Source: a virus
IMG/VR virus record: IMGVR_UViG_3300006749_000012
Location: 1 to 64,000 of that record
Reading direction: 5' to 3' (one strand)
Length of the DNA: 64,000 nt
Positions 47,801 through 59,800 of the stretch are shown piece by piece. The notes beneath the pieces were generated by a model. It saw only the letters and a program-made list of their open reading frames with translations. It was not told the origin of the DNA and did not search any database. How positions within the stretch are numbered: the first letter of the stretch is position 1; the number at the start of each line of letters is the position of its first letter. The position numbers and the translations under genes were made by a program.

Positions 47801-50800
47801 AAGGTTATCAGCATCTGCTAGTTTTGCTAATCGTATAAGTATAGAGAACTTAGTCTCTCGTGGCAGAATTGTTTCTTTCGCTAATGGCGACGAGGGTAGC
47901 ACCATTATGAGAGCACACGGAGTTATAGGCGACTTGGCATCATCCAGTGTTTATGTAAAGGGCTCTGCTTCGCCCGACTCCCATATCGTGAAAGAAATAA
48001 TGCCGGGAGCGCCCGTAGTCACTATGACACTAGGTGGCCCCGGACAAGGTGCCGTCAATACCAAAGACACTTGGACTCCAAGTCCGTTATCTAGGATGGC
48101 TTGGAATACTCGTAGAGATTGTCAGACTCGTGTAGAATTTACAACCAGCACTACAATAACAGTTGCACCGCTGAACAATCAATCTACTGATTTGCAATCT
48201 TGGGGCACATATTGTTTTCCTAAAGAAGGTAGGGTGTATTTAGAAATAGAGGGCAATCAAGGTGAACAAAGGCGGTTTGCAAGTGCCGCTTATGCCAGTA
48301 AAACAGGTGATGTTTTTACTTTCACATCTAGCCCCCCGTTAGGAAGTGGCACTCTTATAGCGGCTGATGGTAGTGAAGTAGATACATTTGCCAACTGGAT
48401 AACATCTACCGGTATAACCGCAGGTAGCGTATTGCACGTTGATGACAAATTCGGAGAAGAATCGATGTGCAATGACGGCACTACTATCAATGACAGGTTG
48501 TTTCAAACACTTGATACTGTTCAACACGACTACCAATTAGGAACGCAGTATGCAAGCACTCGTGCTTTAGTAGAGATACCACTGTTCAACGATTTCTTTT
48601 TCGATAACCCTGATAAAGGTATTTTCCCCGGCCCTAATAACAGTATGAAATTACACGTAGACGCTACGCAAACAGCACATTCTTGGAGCCCTAATCCTGT
48701 CGGGAGAAGGCCCGAATCTATATCACCACAGGACCCTGAAGTGTTTAGTGCGTTTTCATTCACTATACAAAACGAAACTCATCGCACAGGGACAAAAGTA
48801 ACTCAACCTTACGATTCAAGTAACAACCGAATATATGTAGAAGATATAGGTATATTCCCGAAGGCTTCTGCTCCTCCCATAACAGTGGCTAGTTTAGGAG
48901 GCTCTGCTAGATACAGAAGGGCTTTCTTAGGTAACGGAGAGTGGGTAGTTTACGACGGTCTACACACCGACGGTTACTTAGATTTGGCAGGTTCTTCATC
49001 TAGTGGATATATAGCCAGTGCTAATTTCTTCCGTGATTTAAAAGTAGGCGCTCATCTATTCCCAGCACCGGGGTATCAAGACATGAGTTATTCAGGTATT
49101 GCTGATAACCCCTCTCTAATTAGCGCTGGTTATGAAAATAGACGTTCGTTTTACTTTGACCGTTCTAATGTAATGACCCAAGGTGGTAATACTGATTACG
49201 GGTTAAAGCAATATGTTAGTGCAATAGAACTGAGAGCCGGGCCAACAATAAACCCACATCTACCTAAGATTATCAGTAAGCGACCAAGAGCGAAGGTGAT
49301 TTCTGTAACCGGAAGCCCTGCAACTTCTTTGACATTAGACGATGCTAGTTTGTTTCCAATAAGTTCACCTGACTCGGATTACAAATTCAGAGTAGCATTT
49401 AGGAATGCAAGTGGCATTGTCAATCGTGGATTTTACGATAACAGGGTAAATAGCGTGCTCACCATAGTTAGCCCTGATAGTGGTTTCACTCCATCTGTTG
49501 GAGATGAGATATATGTCGAAGATTTACATGCCACTGCTTCAGCCACCTATCCTAAAGTGAAAGAGACTTTCTTGAATAGAGCATGGTCACATCCTTATTG
49601 CAACGGTGGTCTGAGACAAGGTGATACAATTTGGATGAACATGCATTACACTAACCCTCATGCTATAGAAGGCTTGTTTTGCAAAAGTAGAGGCACACTA
49701 AACGAGGCTGAAGTAGTCGATGTGTTCAATGGCGGAGAGGGCTCTTTTGACGTTAGTCCAAGAAATAGTATACCTATGGAAAATTTCTTGATAGGTAATA
49801 CTTGTATAGAAACGGCTCAGAACCTGATGCAACATATAAACAAAACAGTATCGTTAAATTATGATGCGATTGGTTTGACAGAAACTCCTCCAACAATCGC
49901 TTACTTAGACCCTTACCAGTGCACTGAAAATTTTGCTAGAGTTTTATTATACGATGTAGAGCATGACCGTGAGTTCATTGCATTCCAAGATATACACATG
50001 CAAGTTCAATCTAGTCCAGCAGCGGCTAGTATTGGTAAAGAAGATACTGGCAAAACTGGCTTTGTTAACAATTCAGTTACAGGTTCAGGCTCTTTGTTAG
50101 ATGTAGCGGCAGGTTTCCCTACTGAAAACAAAAGGCTCAACATTACTGAGAAATCAGATTTCATAGAGGCATCTTACGCTCACAAGTCTACTTGGAACTC
50201 AAACGTGCCGAATGTAAACTTAGAGCATGTTGTAGGAGGAGTTGACAATACTGCTACTAATGGTTACACAGACCGCACTAACAACGCTGTCACTCTAAGT
50301 GGCAGTGCCTTGACTAAGCATCAAGAGATAGATTCATCAAGTCGAGAACAGTCTACGTTCTTTGATACACCTGACGGAACTAGAGTTATACCTGCATTCT
50401 TAGCAATGAAAGGTATAAGGAACAGTAAATTGACTTTAGATGATACTAGACTGAACAACCTTGACCAATGGACAGATATGGATTTCGTTAGAAGGTTGAC
50501 GATTGATATGGGGGAAGTCCGCCTCAAAGATGGAGTTACCAACATAGAGTCAGCCGCTAGAGAAGTAGTAAGAATGATTAATCAAGCGGGTGCTAAAAAC
50601 GGTAAGACTCATGCCAAAAAACCTGCTGACCAATATTTAGGTAGAAGTGATAACTTTGACCCCTCCTCTCCTCATAAAAATTCAGACTTTGCTGCCACAG
50701 CATCTACACACGACCCCTCCCCATTTTGGGATGTGAAGAAAGCATTCTCTAGCCATGACAGAGGCACTCACATGGGCTACGTCCGTGCTCACCTTGGTAG

Positions 50801-53800
50801 AGTGGTAAAGGATGAAGAAGGCGTAGAAGAAGGATTCTCTATTGTAATACACTCTACCGTTCCGGGTGCCGCAGGTCGTAACTTTTGCACATGGCTAGAC
50901 AATAGTAAATCACAGACTACTTACAAGCCCGAATACTTAATTGGGCACGGTGGTAGATTTAGGAATTATTGGTGCCAACCTGATGAAATTACTGGAGAAA
51001 ATATGCACCCGGCTCCTATGCCAATCAATAGATTCGGTAGACCGTTTGCTCCTATAACTACTCTGAAAGAATACTTACCACCTGAAAGCCCTGACGATGC
51101 CTTGTTGAATAATGTCAATTTAGGTGCGGACATAGTAAATAGTTTTGGAGTCATCTCTACTTCTAACACAGAAATGGTAAGTGGTAGAGATTCTAATACG
51201 GTATTGAACGAATCGTTTGAGACAAAAAGTCCCGCATCTGTCTTAGTAGATGGTCTTAGAGTAGGAACTAAAGCGAAGGCTAGAATCAATTTCGGAGGAA
51301 TGACTCAGGCCGGAATACCCGGATGGGCCCCTGATGTTTCTAAATGGGGATTCGATAATGACGGAACTACTAACGTAGCAAGATACGGTAATGCTAGTAA
51401 CGCAGCAACTGCAATGACTAACACAACTGAGCAGGTTAGTGGTAACGGTTACATACCAGCAGATGATATGAAAGCAGAAAACATTGGTCAAAGTCCAATT
51501 TATGGATTGAGATTTACGGACCATAGAGGTGATAATCACACTATAAGATTACTTTACAGACGGTTTGGAGAAAACTTTGCTAGTGACAACACTTACTTAC
51601 CATCTACGCTTGATGAGGAGATAATCATACACTTTGACGATAGAGACGTAGGTCAAGGTGGGTTTACGATTGGTCGTCACATGGTGGGAGTGGGAGAGGT
51701 ATGTGGTGAAAAAACAGGTGGTAACCCCATAGAGTTTAAGGGTAATCTTTGGAACAATTACCCTTCTCCGATAGTAGGTGCTAAAGTAACCACTAGTTAT
51801 TCAAGTGGGACTATGACTGTCACGTTTCACGAGCCTTATGGTAGTGGCGGTAGTGGGACAGTTCCTTCTACATTACAAACGCATCCTGACATTTTGGGAT
51901 ACTTAGGTTTCCCTGAAACGGGCATGTTTCAGTTATCTAAGCATGGAACTGGAGGCTCAAATCACCAAGGGTTACCTTTCTACTACACTAGCAGAACGCA
52001 CGAAAATCACAGCGGAACTCACAAATTCTTTGGAGTGATAGGAGGAGCGGGAAGTCATGCAAATGGTGATTGGCTTTTGAGTCCAAGAATAAACTTCACA
52101 TGCTTACTAACTGATGAGGTCATCGCTGCCGCAGTAGAGCACGCAATCAATTTACCTAGTAACGATAGTGATGTCACGTTCGACTGCACTGATATGTTTG
52201 CACCCGATGGGAGAACTCTAAAAGAATGGAACGTCAGTTCTGAGGCTATCCGTATAGTTACAAGGGCCGATAAGAAAACTCCTATGAGCAAATTCTTTGA
52301 GGCTAAAGTTACTAAAGACTGGGGGTTGCAAAATGGAGCAGCAACAGATGCAGCGGTAAGCGGACATCACACTGGAGGATTGAGTGACAGTGAAAAAGAT
52401 GCGGGCACTAGATTAGATGTAGGATACATACCTAAAACGGTGCTACATGTAGATACTAAATTCCGTGGAACTAACGCTAACACAGCCACTCCTGTATTAG
52501 TCGATAGTCAAAATAACATAGTGGACATTACTACTTGGCAAAGAAATCTAAGAGGAGAAAATTTCACTGACGTAGCGGGTGACCATATCATACCAAGAGT
52601 GGATTCACCTTGCGTCGAAGTAGATTCTTTTTCTGACCCTGACATTAGTGTGGCATCAAACGAATCTTGGGCTTTATTAGGCAAGCCCGCTAGTGTTGCT
52701 AATGGTTGGGGAGAGCCGTTTGTAGTATGGTATAGTGATACTTCTTGGGCAAGGGTTAGAAGCAAAGTCGGAACTACTTCTGAAATAACGGTTAGTATAG
52801 AACATAAGAGTGCAAATCCTGTCGCATTTGCTAACCCTGTGCAACATGATATATTGTGGAAAAGAAATGCTAGTGCTTACAAGTTTTTAGATGTAGACGG
52901 AGTTCGTAGGGCGGGGAGTAAGAACTCTAGTCCTTTCCTTTACTTTAGAGGTGGGCGAGATAGCCCTGACCACTGGGTGCCTCTTTATTTCGGAGGTGGT
53001 TTTAGTGGTGCAGTTGTAGATATAAACGACGGGACTCAAAACGACTACTCTGAGTTTTACACTCATCCTTATTCTTCCGGCCCCACGGGTAGCGCAGGCT
53101 TCCAAAACATAGGAGAGGTGGCGGGCTCATATGCATTATTAGACGCAAATGCTATGCTAGCCATGTTCCCCGGCACACCTTATCTTGACCAGCATAGAGG
53201 GCAAAATAATCCACCTTATTTCAACCAAGACGCTATATTGCCATTTGATATGGCTAAGGGTTCCAATTCAAAGGTCACAGGGTTAGATTATACCGACGGT
53301 CAGAACACAGTATCTGTCAACATACCTAGTCCAATCGTCATAAGATTTGCCCATCCTAATGCAAGATACAGCCATACGGGTGATAGCGATGACCAAACTA
53401 CATACATGATATTCGGTCCCGGTCAAGCGTTCCCTCACAACACTGCTTCGTTTGAGCCACAAGGAAAAGACATAATCACAGCAGGTAATGGTTATAGTGC
53501 AGTTCCTATCTATATAGACGGCGACCCCGGCTTAGATACTTTTCTTCCTAATCAACTGGCTAACGGTGACACAGCAGAGCACAGTGGTCTCAACAGGATT
53601 TCTGAGGTTTCTGCTCATTTACCTATGACTACCTTTTTCCAACAAAATAAACGCTCAGGCTACAACTATGTTATGAACTGGGAGCCTGCTAAAGGATTGC
53701 CGTCTACTACGACATCTGTTGCCGGTAAAGTCTACTCCCAAGCCTATAATCATGCATTCTATTACGAAGGCACACCGGGAACCACTGCTAATTTACCTAA

Positions 53801-56800
53801 GCACTATCATCCTTTCAGTGAAATATTCAGCGATATTAGCAATCAAATAATAGGGACTGGAGCATTCCCTAAAACAAGAAAATCAGCAGTAATATGGCAC
53901 ATGGATGGAGGCTATCACCCCGGCGGTCATTTCTTAGATGACCACGTAAATAAGAATCCTAAACAAACTGTTGCTAACGCTAGAGTGATAAATGGTAGTG
54001 GTGCTAAGAAAAACACTACTGTATTCAGACCATGTGGTCTATTATCAAAAGCCTACAAAACAAAGTATGGGGGAGATGGCTCTACTCAAGATGTAGATGA
54101 AAACATAGTAATTGTAGACGCCACTAGATGCCAAAATGCAGAAGAATTAGGCGCTGTAATCAGCGGTGCTATCAATACCTTCCCCGGTAAAAACCCATTG
54201 AAGGCGATAGGTGGGACGTTTATGCCTAGTATGCAAAACGCTCACAAACAAGATAGATATGGCTGGGTGCAATTAGACATTGATTCTTATCAAGCAGAAA
54301 ACAGTGGGAATCCGGCCACTCTAACTGCAATTAACTCTGCCACCACGTTGCCTGAATATGGGTGGTTGAGAGTGAGTAACGGTATTGAGTCAGGCTACGC
54401 ACCGTATATAGCCACGAGTATATCTCATCCTAACACGGCATTTGTGCTTGGTAAAAATGCCACAACTTCAAACACTAACATTGTCAATCCTGAAACTAGG
54501 TTAGCCATAGCACCCGATGCTTCTTTCAAGGCTTTTATTTGGACTAAGGCTGGAACTCATAGATTCAACAACACAACAACTAGTCACAGGGACCACATTT
54601 GTCAAGTGCATTACAGTGGATTTGTAGACGCAGTAGATAGAACAAAGCCGGTAGGAGCAGTGGGTTGGGCCGGAGAAGCCTACTCATACTTCAATTCTTA
54701 CGAAACCGATGCCATAGGTGCACGCATTCATCCAGCAGGATTAGGTGCTTGGCATCCTTTCTTAGGTTTCAATCCTTATGGTGCCGCTGAAACTTGTTTA
54801 TCAGCCTCCTCTCCAGTGGGTTCAGTTGAAACTCCACTCGCCGCTTTCTATGCAGATTACTGTGTGAACGGATTGTCCAGTAGACATTTGATTGCTATAA
54901 CTCACGAAAGTGAGTTACCCTTAATCGCTAAGGCTGATAGGGACGGAATAACTTGTGCGGGTGATTGGCTAAAAGTAGCAGAGACTGGAACTATAACTCA
55001 TGCTGGAACTATTGCTTGGGATACTAGTAAAGTGCACAATAAGAGTAGGTATGTGGGACCTGCCACTGCTGGCCCTCATGTCGAAGCGCAAATGCATAGC
55101 GGATATTCAAGACCTTCCGCTGCTAGCGATTATCCTAATTCAGGCTCTGCACCAACAGATGGGCAATTGCATAGAGCAATACAAAGTGGTGACATGGTTA
55201 GGTCGAACGCATGTAGATTTGCCACAGGAGATTTGTTTTGGGATGAAAGCGTAGTCAAACAATCTGCATTCCACGAAGATGCTGGCACTTACGGTGTAGA
55301 GTGTGTGGGTGTGAGTAACCATGACCATTACTTAGACGTAACCGCTACTCCACATACTGGTTTATTTGGCTATTACGGAGGTAGACACCCTTCTCGTAAT
55401 TTTTTACCTGAACATGTAGTTTGGAAAAGAATGGATGGCGGCGGCCTGACTATGCCAGCAGTCAATGCTAGAGGGCTAGGTATGGTGCCTTGGGTAAAGC
55501 GTAAAGATGGTGGTAGTTACAAGTTAGTAGGCGAAAAGGTGTTAGGTAATGTTAGATTTAGTTTTGAGACAACTAATGCTGCTATGTTCCCTGTAATACA
55601 AGCACAAGAACTGAGTCATCCTCAGTTAGCCGAACAGCATCCGATGAGAGTCACTAACGCTTTACTTATACCAAACGAACACATGCAATTTGAAAGCGTG
55701 CAAGTAATAGATGACACAGGTCAAGAACATAGACTAGAAGGAGGTAGCCCTCTAGGAACTGTGATATTAGATTTCAGACACATTAGTGATAGAGAAATAG
55801 AAGGTTTAGCGCCAGCGTTAGCGGGCGCTGGTGTATCTCCTAACTTGAAAATAAGGTTACCCAACCCTGACGAAATACCCGGTAACATAGTAGTTAGGTC
55901 AGGATTTGATAGAATACAGTCGTATCAAAATGAAACAGTTGGTTCAGGAGGATTGCAGCACCCTGCTCAACAGGTGTCTAATATTAGAGAAATGTTCAAC
56001 AACGATTACAGCGGCCCTCGTCTTTGGCCTACTTGGGAGAACAACGGGTGGGAACATTTGAGTCAAGATGGCTCTGATATTTCTACGACTAAAAGTAATA
56101 GTCGTTTGAAATTCCCAGCATCTACTAACGAAGGATGGTCAGATTACACTGACAATGCGCCGTTAAATTCGGCTTATGAGCCTCATGATAGAAGTCTATA
56201 CTTCCATGTTACACGGATGGGTGTAAGTATGACTCACCGTTATGATGTAGATGAATTGTCATTCAGCGGATATGACGAAACTAACAGTGAGATTGACGTT
56301 ACCTCTACTCCTGAGTCAGGCACTTGGACTGATACTAGCGAGCAGAGTGGAGGTAGGTATTTCCTAAGAGTGTATGACCCTACAACTGACAAAGGAGTAT
56401 TGGCCTCATACACAGGGGTAGGCACGAACAAATTCACGAGCGTCGTTGTTTCTCCCGACTTTGTGTCATTTGTGACGGGGAAGACTGGATTGAAAGTAGT
56501 TCCTAGTTACTACATGCCTGCTGGTAGCACTCGCATGTTCGCAGCAAGAAGATTACGTGACCATAGTGAATATAGTGGCGCAAGTCCTGATATGAAAAAA
56601 ATAGATTGGTTTTCGATGTTTGATAATTTACCAACGTCTACCGGGGCTATGGTAAATCCGTCACAAGCCCACATAGCACTGTCTAAGCCCAAGATGACAC
56701 CTATGCCTATACCTCGTATGGGCCACCATTACATTACACCTACAATGGCACTCATGCCCGGACATTATGCACATCCTGCATACCAAAGAATATACGATTT

Positions 56801-59800
56801 GAATACTGCTTGTAAGAGTTCAAATCATGAACCGATGTCTAATAGTTTGGTAGGAACTTTAGAAACAGCAAGGACTAGTGGCACTAACACTTTAGATAAT
56901 CAAGGGTTTGGACGTGACCCACTTGTATGGTTCTCTACACCAACAGCAGCGTTCTCTCCTAGCGACATACATGGTGGTGCGTTTACTTTATTGACTGAAA
57001 CTAAAGTCAAGTATGAAGGATATGGTATAGCGGCTAGTTCAGGTAGTAATGCAGGGACAATAAACGCTTCAGGCGGACACACCTTGGTATTAGAAGCGGC
57101 TGCATCTTACACACTTAACAACCATTTCCCTGACCCACTAGAAGTAGGCGCTTATCAAATCATCATTCAACCTAATTTGTTTAAACAGCAGTTGAAAGGA
57201 TTTCACGCAAACGGACCTGCCACTGATGTCCCTGACGGTAGTGTAGTAGAACTAACTGGGCAACAAGTCAATACTGTGATTGCAATAGAGAAAAACGTCA
57301 ATACAAGAGGGGCTTATGCTCTTATTTTAGCAGAGGCTACAATGGCAGATGTTAGGGGTTGTGAAGTAATATTGAACGAAGTTATACTGGACATAGAACC
57401 TGACGCAGGTAGTCAATTCACTAACCTTCCACCACTTGCTTTATACAATCCGCTAGGAGTTCAAGAAAGCACAAGTCCTTCGTTCACAAGGAGAAGTCTA
57501 CCGTATAGACCGGGAATGTTCGTTAGTTCAACGCCGGGCAGAACTCTAACTATACCTTGGTGGGGTATACTTCACAAAGCCGGTGCTAGTGGCGCAGGTG
57601 CTAGTAAGTTCAGACACCTTGAATGGCATAAGCCCGACAATTACTACGAACTTTGTAGAGCAAACTTCGGATGTGTGGGGGCGCAGATTACTCTAGCAGG
57701 TTACCCTACATCTTTCCTCGACATTTACGAAACTCATAAGCGACTAAGAAGTATGAATCCCAATTGTGTAGTTTTGTCTGACAACCAAAGTGGTAGCACT
57801 ATAACAGTTGACAATAACGACTTATTCCCTGTCACTCCGTATTATGGAGAGGTGTTAGAATACACCAAAAATGGTGTAAGATATACCGCTACTTATTCAA
57901 ATAGAACTGGAACTTTAGCACACGCTACCCTAGGGGCTTCTACTACTTTTTCAGGCGTATCAGGTAGTGCAGCGTTTTGGCTTGGTCTGAATGGTGACGC
58001 TGACGCAGGGGACAATACAATTCTTAGATTAAGCAGACCTTATGACAATGGTGTATCTGATGACTTGTTCACTGACCTCAAGACTAGTATAATGACGAGA
58101 AACTTAGAAGACCTCGCTAACGGAACTAGAGACACTAACTCGCTTAATACAGCAGATTCTTTCTTGTGTATGTGGCATCCTAACTTAGGTAGACCGTTTA
58201 CTTGGTATAGCGATACGGCAGATGGGGGAAGCAGGGCCTTCTACACTAACGCTGGCACAGCCGATACACCTGTTGACCAAAAGGGATACAACCACATACC
58301 TGAACACTTTGAAACTATACACTATCAAGATTACAACTATGTTGCGAGCAAAGGTCCATTTGGCTTAGCGATGAAATGGGTTGCACCACCACATGATGCT
58401 GATAACAACCCACTTACTGATTTATTTCACAATGGTAATATATACACTGCTGCACAGATGGATGCCCTTGTTGATGGATTTGGAACCCTCGACCATCAGG
58501 GAGGAACTATTAGTTCAAATAAATATAACTTCAACGGGTTTTGGCCGGGCGGCTCACATGGTGGAGGCGCAGTCAGTAGATTAGAGTCATACGGACACTC
58601 TTTGATTGGTTGGGGTAGTGACACATTTGGAATGGATTGTGAGACTTACCAAGACTCAACTGGTGTTGCTACTCTAAGTCTACCTAACGACAGGAACAGG
58701 TGCTTTGGTTATCGCATGGCTGTTAGGCAATTGTATAATCGACCTCGATGGTCACCTTACATTCGTGGTTGGTTAGAAGTCGCTAACAGTAATGCTATGT
58801 TAGGTTATTACCATGGGCCACTTATACAACATGATTCTAAAACAAATGGATGGGACTATGTAGGCTCAGATGGCACACAAAGTGACAAAACATTTGACGC
58901 TATGTATGTAGGTATTCTTGAGAGAATAACACAAGTGTCTAGTTTACTAGGCCAAGACCAAATAGGCAGACAAGTAAGATACAGTGACGGAAGAAGAATG
59001 ACTGGCTCATTTGGTTGCCCTGTAAGAACTTTAAGAAACGCTTCAACTACTACACGCCTTTATCCTAATGACGAGGTAGGTCAAGGTATAGAGGAATTAG
59101 CAAGAGCACACCGTCACTACATGGTAGATTGGTGGGGCAATACTCGTGGTGAAGATGTCAGGCGTTTCCCCGTTAGAGGATTCGGTTTGCGCCCATGCTG
59201 GGACCCCGAAGATGCATACAAAGACACCAATGTGACTCACAGACCAGCAGCGCATGATTTGTTTGGTGGAGACGGGACAGACAGATATAGTGGATATGAC
59301 AATTCTGCGAACAATGCTGCAAGTAATATGGGAACCTCTGACTGGTTTAATCCAGCCAGTGCTCTGAGAGTAGGTGACCGAGGCGATGGTCGCGGAGTTA
59401 GATGGCCTACTGTATTCAATGAAAGTTTACTTATGGCAGTCAGTGAAAATCATGATGCCACAGGACTAGTCCTATCTCATAGCACAGCAGAACCTATACT
59501 AGGACAGGGATTGGTTAGACCAAGTAACGATGTTCTACAAGGTGGGGAAATAGAACGGGGTATAAGTGACAGAGTAGATTTGAACTCAGATGACGGTTTA
59601 CTAAAACCTAGTGCACATGTAGGAGAAGCGACTGAAACAGTAAACGCTGACACAAGAGGAGCAGAGCCTGTATCGAGAAATGATGTTAGATTAGGGTTAG
59701 ATGTAGATACAATGGCAGAATTGAACGATGGTGTCAGTCGTGAATATGTAGTTATGTCAACAGAAGCAGCAAGTCTGCATACAGACAGAGAAGTCGGTCA